Under the pieces are notes generated by a model. The model did no database searches, was not told where the DNA came from, and saw only the letters and a program-made list of their open reading frames with translations. DNA of 64,000 nt from an uncultured virus (IMG/VR IMGVR_UViG_2061766007_000578). Its lineage: Duplodnaviria; Heunggongvirae; Uroviricota; Caudoviricetes. The stretch is taken from IMG/VR virus record IMGVR_UViG_2061766007_000578; one strand, given 5' to 3'. This document shows positions 30,181-40,595 of the stretch, piece by piece. The position numbers and the translations under genes were made by a program. Each line of letters begins with the position of its first letter. The stretch's first letter is position 1.

Positions 30181-30913
30181 TTCAACACGAATTTATCAAC
30201 CAGATAGGGCCTATCATTCAGAGATATGCCAAACAGTACGGCTACAAGGTTGCATCGCCGATCATAGCGCAGGCTTGTCTGGAAAGCCGATACGGACAGA
30301 GCGGTCTTGCTAAATATCATAATTACTTTGGCATGAAAGCAGGGAAGAACTATTCCGGGCCATCTGTCAAAATGAAAACAAAGGAAGAATACCAGAAGGG
30401 TACGCTGACAGAAATATACGCAAATTTCCGCACATATCCCGATATGGATGCAGGGGTCAAGGGTTATTTTGATTTTATCTCAACCAAAAGATATGCAAAC
30501 CTCAAAACGGCCACAACNNNNNNNNNNNNNNNNNNNNNNNNNNNNNNNNNAAATTGGACGGATATGCAACGAGCAATTCATACGTGAAAAGCTGCATGAA
30601 CGTAGTAAATAAATATAATTTGAAAATGTACGACACCGGAGTTGTGCCGGCTGCTTCCCTGTCTCCGTATCAGATCGGACAGACTTACACGCTCCAGAGC
30701 GATATGTACGTCAGACAGACACCGAACGGATCAAAGATAAAATACGACAGCCTTACTGAAGACGGGAAGAAGAACGGCAAATTTGACGATGACGGCAACG
30801 CAATCCTGAACAAGGGAACCCGTGTAACCTGCAAGGCAATGTCTGAAAACTGGATGAAAATTCCGTCCGGTTGGGTATGTGCTTATAACAGCACGAAGAC
30901 ATACATAAAATAG
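30177..30913 (+). CDS. Endolysin: GH73 glucosaminidase with SH3-like binding domain (split by gap 30518-30550)
   Basis: IAQACLES, NYFGMKA, FRTY, GYAT; C-terminal IPSGWVC. Confidence 0.88.
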
Positions 30914-31004
30914 CTTACTATCATTTTTTCGCTTAAACTCCTTTCTCTTCAGGGGCCCGGCGCCAAACGGGTCCCTGTTGGAAAGAAAATTCACTTGTGC
31001 ACAA

Positions 31005-31249
31005 TCATCTTGCATTTCATCTTGCATTTTTTTGTAGCCCTATCTACAAACCGCATAAATACGGCATTCTTATTTTGTATTTTTGAGTACAAAATGCAAT
31101 ATGCTTTTTGTAGAAAAATCCCCAAAACACGCGGTTTTGAGGACTTTTTTCCTGCTGGAGCATACGGGACTTGAACCCGTTACGATATGCCCTACGATGC
31201 CGATAAATACTACGTTTCAGAAAATCCATCTTGCATTTCATCTTGCATA
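31005..31249. promoter_or_regulatory. attP of phage A: arm-type repeats flanking a tRNA-derived core
   Basis: (T/C)CATCTTGCAT tandem pairs at 31005-31028 and 31226-31249, inverted partial copy at 31093-31103; adjacent to the int stop. Confidence 0.85.
31156..31180 (-). other. attP core: 3' end of a tRNA (Ala- or Val-like)
   Basis: Minus strand ACGGG-TTCAAGT-CCCGT-ATGCTCC-A, followed by a hairpin at 31114-31150. Confidence 0.8.
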
Positions 31250-32245
31250 ATTTGTGAGGTCGTTCAGATAGTCGTCCATTTTGTTCTGGTAGTAATCTGA
31301 CATTGATTTTATGTTGTTTTGGTAGACCGTTTTCATTATCGTTCCATTTCCACCACGGCTCCATCCACCCATATCAGCGGTATAAATATCCGGAATCTGA
31401 AGGATGGCAGCAGAACTGGCAAAGAAGTGTCTCAGGTCGTGGAATCGTATTGATATACCTAATTTGTCCCGGAGTTCCCGGAAACGCTTTGAAATGGTGA
31501 CGGGCTTCCACGGGATGACGAACCCCTCACCCTCTCCCAGATCCGGAACTTTGATGTATCTGTCAGATCCGGACGTTTTGGGTATCTCTTTGTAGATCCA
31601 TTTTCCATCTTTATCCTTCACAAAGTCAGCGTGAATGTGGGCAATGCCCTTTTCTATGTCGGAATACTGCAGAGCGCTTATTTCACCTTCACGGATGCCT
31701 CTGATTCCTAACAAGATACATTTCTGCAATGTGGGAGTTGCCGCTTCCAGAAGGGCTCTGATATCGTCCCTGTCGGGCGACGTGGGGCGCTTTACCATTT
31801 TAGCGGGCAATGTTACCCTAAACGCTAAATCGGGCGCGTAGAGGGCAAGAGACGCGCTTAAAAGGGCATAGGTATTTCTGACAGATTTGGGCGACTTCTT
31901 CCGGGACATATCAGACACCCACAACTGAAGCTGTTCACTGGTCAGTTTTCTGATCTTGTAATTTTGGATCCCGTCAAAGTTGGTTCTGCTCATTCTGTCA
32001 TATTCCCTGATCGTGGACGGGGACAGCACCCCGGTCTTTGCTCTGACATATCCCTCAACGGCTTCCTTCACGGACAGATCGGTATACGTTACGCGCTTTT
32101 TGTTAGCTTTGTATTCTGCTGCTTTTAGTTCGACGGCTGATTTTGTTGGAGCGGTGAACGAGATATATTTTCTTTTTCCGTTTTCTGTATGGGAATATAC
32201 CATCACGTTCCACATTCCGGACGGGAGTTTTTTGGCTTTTGGCAT
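31238..32245 (-). CDS. int: Tyrosine integrase
   Basis: GIREGEISAL, HDLRH, GGW, catalytic Tyr in TVYQN. Confidence 0.95.
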   Translation of the reverse strand: MPKAKKLPSGMWNVMVYSHTENGKRKYISFTAPTKSAVELKAAEYKANKKRVTYTDLSVKEAVEGYVRAKTGVLSPSTIREYDRMSRTNFDGIQNYKIRKLTSEQLQLWVSDMSRKKSPKSVRNTYALLSASLALYAPDLAFRVTLPAKMVKRPTSPDRDDIRALLEAATPTLQKCILLGIRGIREGEISALQYSDIEKGIAHIHADFVKDKDGKWIYKEIPKTSGSDRYIKVPDLGEGEGFVIPWKPVTISKRFRELRDKLGISIRFHDLRHFFASSAAILQIPDIYTADMGGWSRGGNGTIMKTVYQNNIKSMSDYYQNKMDDYLNDLTNYAR

Positions 32246-32259
32246 ATATTACCTCCTTT

Positions 32260-32952
32260 TTAGAATCCAACAGCAGCAGCTCCGTGCTCTGCCTGCTCTT
32301 TGGTGAATTGTGATCCATATTCAGAAGATAACTGGTCGATCAGTTCATTTTTCGAGAATGATTTATAATCGAGATATTCCTGAGCGGCTTTTTCTGCCTG
32401 CTCATTCCAGTCCACGGCTCCGCGATCCTCAAGGAAATCGACGGCGGCGGTGGCATCTTCCACAGAAAATCCGGAACCATACTCTGACGACAGCTGATCA
32501 ATAAGACCCTGCCGCGAAAATGCCTTAAAATTTAGGTAATCAATGGCGGATGATACGGCATTTTTCTGTTCAAATGTCAGACCGGACGACTCAAGCGGAT
32601 CAGATTCTTTTTCAGGCTCTGGTTGTTCTGGTGGTTGCGGTTCCTCTTTTGACTGCTGTTTTGGTTCGGAGGCAGTCGTTTCCGGTGCCTCTGTTAAAAC
32701 CATGGCCTCTTCTTTGGGTGGTTCTTCCGCTTCTTTTGAATTGGCACGGGAGAATGTAAAAATAATTAAGAAAATTGCAGAGATCCCCAGTGCGATGTAT
32801 GAAAACAGGTGCCCGTATTCTTCTCTATATTTTGGATCCAACATTTTGACAAGGTCAATGACGGCCAGAATGATTCCAACCGGGAATATAAGAACAGAAA
32901 AGATCAGGGCGGCAACGCTCAACTTTGAGCTCATTTTTTTCTTTTCATTCAT
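32260..32952 (-). CDS. ltp: Ltp-family superinfection exclusion protein (membrane-anchored)
   Basis: Two TM helices and two repeats A.DYL...FS..GLIDQLSSEYG.F. Confidence 0.88.
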   Translation of the reverse strand: MNEKKKMSSKLSVAALIFSVLIFPVGIILAVIDLVKMLDPKYREEYGHLFSYIALGISAIFLIIFTFSRANSKEAEEPPKEEAMVLTEAPETTASEPKQQSKEEPQPPEQPEPEKESDPLESSGLTFEQKNAVSSAIDYLNFKAFSRQGLIDQLSSEYGSGFSVEDATAAVDFLEDRGAVDWNEQAEKAAQEYLDYKSFSKNELIDQLSSEYGSQFTKEQAEHGAAAVGF

Positions 32953-33304
32953 TTTTATCACCTTCTTTCTCAAATATTTCTGCAAAATAATCCATTGTTT
33001 TTTTGAATTTGGAATTGTTTCGATACAATTCTATTAATGTCCCTTCTTTATCGTTAAGAACATAATCAACATGATCACGATTTTTATCAGAACCATCTGC
33101 TTTATCTTCCCATCCCATAAGACAAGCAGGAGTACACTCAAGCGCTTCAGCGTATGCCGCAATTCTGGTTGTAGTTAGGTCTTCTTTGTCATGTTCAACT
33201 GTGGAAACTGATGCGCGGCTTTTATTTCCTAATCTATGCGCTAATTCTTCTTGTGAGAGACCTAATTCTTTTCGTTTTGCCTTTATTCTTTCACCGATAG
33301 TCAT
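32945..33304 (-). CDS. XRE-family CI-like repressor
   Basis: IGERIKAKRKELGLSQEELA..LMGW. Confidence 0.9.
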   Translation of the reverse strand: MTIGERIKAKRKELGLSQEELAHRLGNKSRASVSTVEHDKEDLTTTRIAAYAEALECTPACLMGWEDKADGSDKNRDHVDYVLNDKEGTLIELYRNNSKFKKTMDYFAEIFEKEGDKNE

Positions 33305-33327
33305 TTTTTAACACCTCCTCAATTAGC

Positions 33328-33393
33328 ATATTAGCAGACACTATTAAAAAATGTCAATTATAGGTTGACATTATAAAATACATATGCTAATAT
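33328..33393. promoter_or_regulatory. Back-to-back lysogenic and lytic promoters
   Basis: Plus: TTGACA(33365)-N17-TAATAT; minus: TTGACA(33357)-N18-TAATAT; both with extended TG; palindrome gtgttagg..cctaacac at 33399-33420. Confidence 0.8.
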
Positions 33394-33418
33394 TTTCGGT
33401 GTTAGGAGAAAACCTAAC

Positions 33419-33434
33419 ACACAATATATTGATG
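33419..33434. promoter_or_regulatory. NrdR-box-like site in the cro leader
   Basis: ACACAATATATTG matches acaCwAtATaTwG. Confidence 0.5.
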
Positions 33435-33451
33435 AAAGGAGGCGAAAACAA

Positions 33452-33712
33452 GTGGTAAAAACACGAAATGTTGATACCAAAATGCTGAAAGAAGCAATCG
33501 AAAGAAGCGGCCTAAAAACCAGTTATATTGTCGATACTCTGGGAATGTCAAGACAGGCTTTTTTCAAAAAACAGAGCGGCGAAATAGCCTTTCGGCAATC
33601 GGAAGTCTATGTACTGTGTGACCTGTTAAAGCTTAACCCCACGGAGAGCGTGAAAATTTTTTTTCCCGAAAAGTTAGGTGATAACCAAACACAGGAAGAG
33701 GGAAACACATGA
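33452..33712 (+). CDS. Cro-like HTH protein
   Basis: LGMSRQAFFKK..F.QSE..IFF; divergent from cI. Confidence 0.85.
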   Translation: MVKTRNVDTKMLKEAIERSGLKTSYIVDTLGMSRQAFFKKQSGEIAFRQSEVYVLCDLLKLNPTESVKIFFPEKLGDNQTQEEGNT

Positions 33713-34668
33713 GATCTAATTACCAAAACGCAGACAACAGAATACAGATCATCCGGTCAGTATATGAGCGTGTTGGAATCAAAGGCGATCTGGCTATAAG
33801 CAGAGAGACGGGCTTGCAATATGACAGATTACACCGGAGCAGAATGACGGACATAAGCAGCTTAACCCTGGGCGAGTTCTTTTGTTTGCAAAGACACGCN
33901 NNNNNNNNNNNNNNNNNNNNNNNNNNNNNNNNNNNNNNNNNNNNNNNNNNNNNNNNNNNNNNNNNNNNNNNNNNNNNNNNNNNNNNNNNNNNNNNNNNNN
34001 NNNNNNNNNNNNNNNNNNNNNNNNNNNNNNNNNNNNNNNNNNNNNNNNNNNNNNNNNNNNNNNNNNNNNNNNNNNNNNNNNNNNNNNNNNNNNNNNNNNN
34101 NNNNNNNNNNNNNNNNNNNNNNNNNNNNNNNNNNNNNNNNNNNNNNNNNNNNNNNNNNNNNNNNNNNNNNNNNNNNNNNNNNNNNNNNNNNNNNNNNNNN
34201 NNNNNNNNNNNNNNNNNNNNNNNNNNNNNNNNNNNNNNNNNNNNNNNNNNNNNNNNNNNNNNNNNNNNNNNNNNNNNNNNNNNNNNNNNNNNNNNNNNNN
34301 NNNNNNNNNNNNNNNNNNNNNNNNNNNNNNNNNNNNNNNNNNNNNNNNNNNNNNNNNNNNNNNNNNNNNNNNNNNNNNNNNNNNNNNNNNNNNNNNNNNN
34401 NNNNNNNNNNNNNNNNNNNNNNNNNNNNNNNNNNNNNNNNNNNNNNNNNNNNNNNNNNNNNNNNNNNNNNNNNNNNNNNNNNNNNNNNNNNNNNNNNNNN
34501 NNNNNNNNNNNNNNNNNNNNNNNNNNNNNNNNNNNNNNNNNNNNNNNNNNNNNNNNNNNNNNNNNNNNNNNNNNNNNNNNNNNNNNNNNNNNNNNNNNNN
34601 NNNNNNNNNNNNNNNNNNNNNNNNNGAATCGGCGCTATTTTATCAATACGAAAGAAGGGAGATAAAAC

Positions 34669-34872
34669 ATGAACGAAGTGAATTGGGAAACACTTGAGGA
34701 AGAACAGGCAAGGATCATCAAGGAAAATGTCAGGCTGAAGGCATTCTATGACAACATTCAGCAGCTCTATCACGACACGATCGGGAACCATGAAGTGACG
34801 ATCAGTGTTCACGCTCTGGGGGATGAGCTGGTAAAGGTTGGTGAGCTGAAGGAGGTGGAAATCATTGGTTGA
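34669..34872 (+). CDS. Hypothetical protein
   Basis: RBS and coupled stop. Confidence 0.55.
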   Translation: MNEVNWETLEEEQARIIKENVRLKAFYDNIQQLYHDTIGNHEVTISVHALGDELVKVGELKEVEIIG

Positions 34873-35446
34873 AAGAATGACAAAGCGCTTTATCGATGAA
34901 ATGGCAAAAACGAAGCGCGACGGGTTCGATCTGTTGATCAAGGCAATGGAAGAAGGCGGATTTTTCGAGGCTCCATGCTCCGGAAAGCATCATCTGGCTG
35001 AACAGTACGGCCTGCTTCAGCATTCACTTAATGTACTGGATTATGCCCGGAAACTTAATGAAGTATGGGGGCGGATCGTTCCGGACGACAGCGTAATTAT
35101 CGTGTCCCTGCTTCACGATCTGGGAAAGATGGGCGACCACGGAAAGCCGAACTATGTTGAGAACGTTCTGAAAAGTGGCAAGGTTTCAGCTGCGGAACCA
35201 TTCAAAACAAATAAAAATCTGATGTATCTGCCGCACGAAGTCAGGTCGGCCATCATAGCGGAACGCTACATCAAACTGAAGGAAGACGAAGAACAGGCGA
35301 TCATCTGGCACAACGGCCTTTATGGTGAATTTAAGTATGACATACAGGGAAAAGAGACACCGATTTATATGCTCTTACATTTTGCGGATATGTGGTGCTC
35401 CAGAGTAGTAGAGATCGAAGACGAAGACGAAGGAAAGGAGGAATAA
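34865..35446 (+). CDS. HD-domain phosphohydrolase
   Basis: APCS..HH..GLLQHS, LLHDLGK, H..WH, HFAD. Confidence 0.88.
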   Translation: MVERMTKRFIDEMAKTKRDGFDLLIKAMEEGGFFEAPCSGKHHLAEQYGLLQHSLNVLDYARKLNEVWGRIVPDDSVIIVSLLHDLGKMGDHGKPNYVENVLKSGKVSAAEPFKTNKNLMYLPHEVRSAIIAERYIKLKEDEEQAIIWHNGLYGEFKYDIQGKETPIYMLLHFADMWCSRVVEIEDEDEGKEE

Positions 35447-35448
35447 AC

Positions 35449-35679
35449 ATGAACTACGAAGTATGGAAAGAACCCGGAAAGACCGGCAAGACTTATTTTG
35501 TGTTTGATGCAAAGGTGAAGACAGCTGACGCGATCCATGAGACCGCAAAGGCCAGAAAGCTGGCGGCCGGAAGACTTGCAGCATATTTGGGCTATGTGAA
35601 GGACGGAAAGGATCTGTATATTTGCGAATCTGTCAAGGATGTCGTGCCGAAGGCAAAAAAAGTAGTAGTTGTTGGATGA
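35449..35679 (+). CDS. Hypothetical protein
   Basis: RBS GGAGG. Confidence 0.55.
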   Translation: MNYEVWKEPGKTGKTYFVFDAKVKTADAIHETAKARKLAAGRLAAYLGYVKDGKDLYICESVKDVVPKAKKVVVVG

Positions 35680-35701
35680 AATAAGGAAGGAGGAAAAGCT
35701 T

Positions 35702-36352
35702 ATGGGAATGCCGGTAATTATTTTTGGCAAATCGGGAAGCGGCAAAAGCAGATCACTTAAATTCTTTGGCGAAGAAGAAGTTCTGCTGGTGAATGTCGAG
35801 GGGAAGGCTTTACCATTCCGCAACACATTCAAGTATGTATGCCGCTCCGATTCACTTGACACCATTATATCACAAATGCAAAAGATGCCGTGCAAGACGG
35901 CCGTCGTAGATGATGCAGGATATCTGATGATCCATTCATTCATGAAAAATCACAGGAACAAAAAAGGCAACGCTTCCTTTGATATGTATGACGACATAGC
36001 GGACACCATGTATTTTTTGGTGAAACGTATCAAGGAAGAGCTTCCGGATGATGTCATTGTTTACATTATGCTACACGAAGACCAGAACGACATCGGGGAA
36101 ACAAAGATCAGGACAATCGGAAAACTCATTGATAACAAGGTCTGCTTGGAAGGAATGGTGACTATCTGCCTGCGCTGTATGTCGGATCACGGCAAGCACT
36201 TCTTTAAGACCAGAACGGACGGCTTTGACATTACGAAGGCTCCGGAGGATATGTTTACCGACGAAGAGGAAGAAATTGAAAACAATTTGAAAATGGTGGA
36301 CGACAGGATCAGAGAGTTTTACGGGATGACAAATAAGGAGGAAAAAGCATGA
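35702..36352 (+). CDS. AAA_24/Sak4-like P-loop recombination ATPase
   Basis: GKSGSGKS, VVDD, IGKLID. Confidence 0.8.
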   Translation: MGMPVIIFGKSGSGKSRSLKFFGEEEVLLVNVEGKALPFRNTFKYVCRSDSLDTIISQMQKMPCKTAVVDDAGYLMIHSFMKNHRNKKGNASFDMYDDIADTMYFLVKRIKEELPDDVIVYIMLHEDQNDIGETKIRTIGKLIDNKVCLEGMVTICLRCMSDHGKHFFKTRTDGFDITKAPEDMFTDEEEEIENNLKMVDDRIREFYGMTNKEEKA

Positions 36353-36915
36353 AACCGATAACAAACATCGCTTCCGTACAGGAAGCAGGGGATAGCAAAA
36401 GGCTCCCCGCAGGCGGATACGTCTGCAAATACACGAAGGTGGAGGATGCTCCGGATAAAAACTACCTGTATATGGAGTATGACATCGCAGAGGGCGACTT
36501 CAAGGACTATTACAAGGAACTGGAAGAGCGTCTCAATTTCTGGGGCGGAAGGTGTTACAGATCGTACACAGAAAAAGCGCTGCCTATGTTCAAAAGAATG
36601 TGCTCCGCGGTTACAAAGTCAAACAAAGGCTTTATCTTTGACGGAAATGAGCACTGCGACGAATCAACGCTTGTTGGAAAGATTGTCGGGATGATCCTGG
36701 GTGAAGAGGAATACATCGGGAATGATGGAGCTGTTAAGACCCGTCTGTATGTCGTTCGTGAAATGTCTGCTGATGATATCAGGGCGAACAAGTTCAAAGT
36801 TCCGGAGCTGAAGAAACTGCCCGAAAACGAAAGACCAGCAGAAAGCGAAGCAAAGCCCGACGATAGTTTCATGACCGTGCCGGAAGGTTCAAGCGACGTT
36901 ATCCCTTTTAACTGA
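36349..36915 (+). CDS. Phage SSB-like protein
   Basis: LPAGGYVC N-terminus; acidic ..DVIPFN tail; follows the Sak4-like gene. Confidence 0.7.
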   Translation: MKPITNIASVQEAGDSKRLPAGGYVCKYTKVEDAPDKNYLYMEYDIAEGDFKDYYKELEERLNFWGGRCYRSYTEKALPMFKRMCSAVTKSNKGFIFDGNEHCDESTLVGKIVGMILGEEEYIGNDGAVKTRLYVVREMSADDIRANKFKVPELKKLPENERPAESEAKPDDSFMTVPEGSSDVIPFN

Positions 36916-37376
36916 TGAAGATCATAGAAGATAGCAGACAACAAAAAGGTAAACATGAGCTGAAACACTCCTGTTTTGAACAGATGGGAGTGCAGCTCAT
37001 CCGGAACATTCTGCCTTTTGGTGATTATGCAATGCCGCCAACCATTTCCATTGACACAAAGGCAAATATGGCGGAGATCGCCAACAACATCGGGAGCGAC
37101 CACAAACGCTTCAAAAATGAGTGCATTGCGGCAAAGGAAGCAGGCTGTCAGCTCGTTATTCTTGTGGAAAATACGGATAATATCACCTGTGTTGATGAAG
37201 TCCATACATGGATCAACCCGGATCTAATTTACAGGCCGAGGGCTATCACAGGCGAACGTCTGGAAAAGGCTATGAAAACCATGTCAGAACGATACGGGGT
37301 ACAGTTTGAATTTTGCAAACCGGAAGAGGCAGCAAAAAGGATCATGGAGTTGTTGGGAGAGAACGTGAATGAATGA
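36915..37376 (+). CDS. ERCC4-like nuclease
   Basis: IIEDSRQQ, GDY, IDTK, RFKNE, ILVE. Confidence 0.75.
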   Translation: MKIIEDSRQQKGKHELKHSCFEQMGVQLIRNILPFGDYAMPPTISIDTKANMAEIANNIGSDHKRFKNECIAAKEAGCQLVILVENTDNITCVDEVHTWINPDLIYRPRAITGERLEKAMKTMSERYGVQFEFCKPEEAAKRIMELLGENVNE

Positions 37377-39234
37377 ATTAAAAGAAGCGGCTTTGCAATA
37401 TGCAAAAATCGGGCTTGCCGTATTTCCATTAATTGAAAAAGACAAAAAACCCATCACTCAAAACGGCTTCAAGGATGCAACGACAGATCCGGCAACAATA
37501 GAAAGATGGTGGAAGGCTCACCCGAATGCAAATATCGGTATAGCAACGGGTCAAATGAGCGGCGGAATCGTGGCTATAGACATGGACGTTGACAAAGAAA
37601 AAGACAAGGACGGGTACCATACTTTCTTGAAATGGTGTGCTGATAATTATCTTGTTTTGCCGGATTCTTGGTTAAGTATCACGGGACGCGGTGGTTATCA
37701 TCTGATATACAAATCAACATTTCCGGTTCCGTCAAAGATCGGTTGGCTGGAGGATGTGGATATAAGGGCGGACGGTGCCTACATTGTGGCTCCGCCTTCA
37801 GTCCATCCTAATGGTACCCACTATCAATGGGAACAGTCTCCGGAGGAGTACGATCTGATCACGACCGACGACATGGATGTTGAATACGTTTTTAACAGCG
37901 TAATAGCAAATAACAAAACAGATAGCTCCGCACCGTTGAAGGTTCCTGACATTATACCGGAGGGGCATCGCGATGAATATATGTTCAAGTTGGCCTGCAA
38001 GTATCAAGCAATGGGAATGTCTGATGAAGCAATGCTTGCAGCGCTACAGGCAGAAAACAAAACACGGTGCCAGCCTCCACTAACAGAAAAAGAGATCCGG
38101 CAAAAGGTCAAGCAGGCTCAAAAGTATAAAAAAGGTGAAGTTGTTGACGTGAAGGACTCTTCCGGAGTTGTCGAAACGCGGAAGACATACGGAAAAACAC
38201 ACCGGGCTATCACAGAATCTATCACAGAAAATGACCTTAATATGCCGACTGTAGACACGTTTCAAGAGAAGGAAAAAGAATGGCTGATATGCGGGTACAT
38301 TCCTAAAGGGTGTGTGACCTTGCTCTGTTCGGACGGCGGAATCGGAAAAACAACAATATGGTGTGACACATTGGCAGCTCTTACGACCGGGCGGATGACA
38401 CTTTTTGACAAAGCGCTTGAAATACCTTTTAGCACCGGCACAACGTACACCGTGATGTATTTTTCGAAAGAAGATCCGACGGAAGAAATTCTGAAAAAGA
38501 AGCTCCGGAAAGCAGGAGCCGATCAGACAAAGATCAGGGCATTCGGGCTGGATGATGAAAGACTCAACAAAATATGGTATGGATCACTGCTTTTAGAACG
38601 TCTCATTGAGAAATACAAGCCGGACATTGTGGTTTTTGACACGCTCCAGGCATTCCTTCCGGATGGTGTGGACATGGCAAAGCGTAAAGATATGCGTGAC
38701 GCACTCAACCCTTTGAACGCTCTGGGCGCAAAGTACGGGACATCGTTCCTGATGGTGATGCACACCAACAAATCAGCAATGAGCGGACGGCAAAGGATGG
38801 CTGACAGCTCTGATATCTGGGATCTGGGACGGTCGGCACTTATGGCCGGACGAACAAAAGAAGAGGGTATTATGTATCTGTCACACGAAAAAAGTAATTA
38901 CGACAGGCTTCAGAAGACAATCCTCTTTAGCGTAACGGATGACGGAATCGAGTTCAAAGGGACTTCAAAGAAAAAAGACCGGGACTATGTTTCTGAAGGC
39001 ACAGTGATAAGTGTACCGTCACCAAAAATGGACGAAGCAAAAGATTTTATCCTTGAAAACCTTGAAGACGGTATGGAAGTTCAAAAACTTGAAAAGATGG
39101 CAAGCGCAGCAGGGATTACACAGCATACTTTACGCGATGCAAAGGCTGAATTGAGAAAAGAGAGACGGATCACGATGACTTCGATCGGGTTCGGAGAGGG
39201 CAAAAAATGGATCTTGAAAAAGTTGGAAAAATAA
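37369..39234 (+). CDS. Bifunctional primase-polymerase (Prim-Pol, PriCT) fused to an AAA_25/RepA-type helicase
   Basis: ANIGIATG, DMDVD, TGRGGYH, VAPPSVH; DGGIGKT, VVFD. Confidence 0.9.
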   Translation: MNELKEAALQYAKIGLAVFPLIEKDKKPITQNGFKDATTDPATIERWWKAHPNANIGIATGQMSGGIVAIDMDVDKEKDKDGYHTFLKWCADNYLVLPDSWLSITGRGGYHLIYKSTFPVPSKIGWLEDVDIRADGAYIVAPPSVHPNGTHYQWEQSPEEYDLITTDDMDVEYVFNSVIANNKTDSSAPLKVPDIIPEGHRDEYMFKLACKYQAMGMSDEAMLAALQAENKTRCQPPLTEKEIRQKVKQAQKYKKGEVVDVKDSSGVVETRKTYGKTHRAITESITENDLNMPTVDTFQEKEKEWLICGYIPKGCVTLLCSDGGIGKTTIWCDTLAALTTGRMTLFDKALEIPFSTGTTYTVMYFSKEDPTEEILKKKLRKAGADQTKIRAFGLDDERLNKIWYGSLLLERLIEKYKPDIVVFDTLQAFLPDGVDMAKRKDMRDALNPLNALGAKYGTSFLMVMHTNKSAMSGRQRMADSSDIWDLGRSALMAGRTKEEGIMYLSHEKSNYDRLQKTILFSVTDDGIEFKGTSKKKDRDYVSEGTVISVPSPKMDEAKDFILENLEDGMEVQKLEKMASAAGITQHTLRDAKAELRKERRITMTSIGFGEGKKWILKKLEK

Positions 39235-39259
39235 CCTCTCTATACTGCAAATATTTAAG

Positions 39260-39505
39260 AACGGCAAGTAAGAGAGAAATACAGTAAATATGCGGGCTCT
39301 GCTTACTTGACACCCTACGGCAAGTAAAGGCAAGTAAGGAACGGCAAGTAAGCGTCAAGTAAGGTAAAAATCCCCCTTACTTGCCGTTCGGTGGCAAGTA
39401 AGTGAAACCCGCATAAATAGGGCGTTTGCTCCTTACTTGCCGTTGGTATGTTTGGAGAGTAGAAAACGGGTTAAAAAATTTTTTTGGATTAGAACGGCAA
39501 GTAAG
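39260..39505. repeat. Iteron-like array, putative replication origin of phage A
   Basis: About 10 copies of (acg)gCAAGTAAg in both orientations directly after the primase-helicase. Confidence 0.8.
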
Positions 39506-39550
39506 CACGAAGCCCCTGTTTATGCGACTTTCAGAGAAATGAGGAAAATA

Positions 39551-39781
39551 ATGAAAGAAGAGATATTAATCAAATATAACAAATTGATAACAGAAATCTG
39601 GAAATACTTGAAGAAATATTCCACCACAACCAACACAGAAGAGTTCTGGATGAACGTGAGATCAGAGGCGCACGCGCTGGCAGAATGTTTTGAGGTCAGT
39701 CCGGAGTATGCTAACGATCTGGCAGTGGCGACGTGGAAGGAGATCCAGCGGATACATTTACGGAAGGAGGAAGCAGCATGA
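39551..39781 (+). CDS. Hypothetical protein
   Basis: RBS; similar to fragment 40033-40192 and weakly to 60406-60696. Confidence 0.55.
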   Translation: MKEEILIKYNKLITEIWKYLKKYSTTTNTEEFWMNVRSEAHALAECFEVSPEYANDLAVATWKEIQRIHLRKEEAA

Positions 39782-40188
39782 ATGGAATAGAAATGTACGT
39801 CACGATGTCCCCGGCGATGATGGATGAACTGGATAGGTGGGTCATTGACGGGATAAATGTCGGGCAGGCGGTACGCAAACAGATCATACCTTCACACCTT
39901 CCTTGCGTGGAGGTTGACGAGGGCGCAGACAGCACCGGCAGAACGATCCTGATGACGAAACCATACTGTCCTGACTGTAAGGAAGCCTCATACAGTGGGC
40001 GGTACTGTCAGAATTGCGGGAGNNNNNNNNNNTGACGAGTTTTGGAGAGGTCTGCGGGATGAATTGTCAGCACTGAATGATTATTTCAGAGACCAGGGCG
40101 ACGAGGATCTGAAGGACACGGCGGAGAAGTTGGCAGTCAGCACAATGTTGAGCATACAGAACATATACAGACGGAAGGAGGGGCGGAT

Positions 40189-40431
40189 TTGATACAGATA
40201 CAGGAAGCATTCCTTGACGAGCTGGACAAGTGGGAATGTATGGGCGTGAATGTCGGGCAGGCGGTACGCAAACAGGTCATACCTTCACAGCTTCCTTGCG
40301 TGGAGGTTGATGAGGGAGCGGACAGCACCGGCAGAACGATCCTGATGACGAAGCCGTACTGTCCCGACTGTAAGGAAGCCTCATACAGTGGGCGGTACTG
40401 TCAGAATTGCGGGAGGAGGTTGAGAAAATGA
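40189..40431 (+). CDS. Zn-ribbon protein (allele at 39778-40022)
   Basis: YCPDC..YCQNCG. Confidence 0.6.
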   Translation: MIQIQEAFLDELDKWECMGVNVGQAVRKQVIPSQLPCVEVDEGADSTGRTILMTKPYCPDCKEASYSGRYCQNCGRRLRK

Positions 40432-40595
40432 CCTGTCCGAGATGCGGATCTGAAAATATAACCGTCTATTGTGGACGGAATGAAGGCAAGACATATAAGC
40501 GGTACAGACGGTGTTTGAGTTGCTATGTGACATTCACCACCAGAGAGAGCGCGGTCGATAACGCAAGAATAAAGGATCAGAGGAGGGAAGCATGA
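40428..40595 (+). CDS. Stand-alone NrdR N-terminal-like zinc ribbon (no ATP cone)
   Basis: MTCPRCG..KRYRRCLSC..FTTRE. Confidence 0.75.
   Translation: MTCPRCGSENITVYCGRNEGKTYKRYRRCLSCYVTFTTRESAVDNARIKDQRREA

Noticed and set aside
33709..34941. Long ORFs spanning 33900-34625
   Set aside because: Mostly N bases; only 33709-33899 is real partial coding sequence
39260..39505. CRISPR array
   Set aside because: Repeats are only 10-13 bp, irregularly spaced and in both orientations; no cas genes
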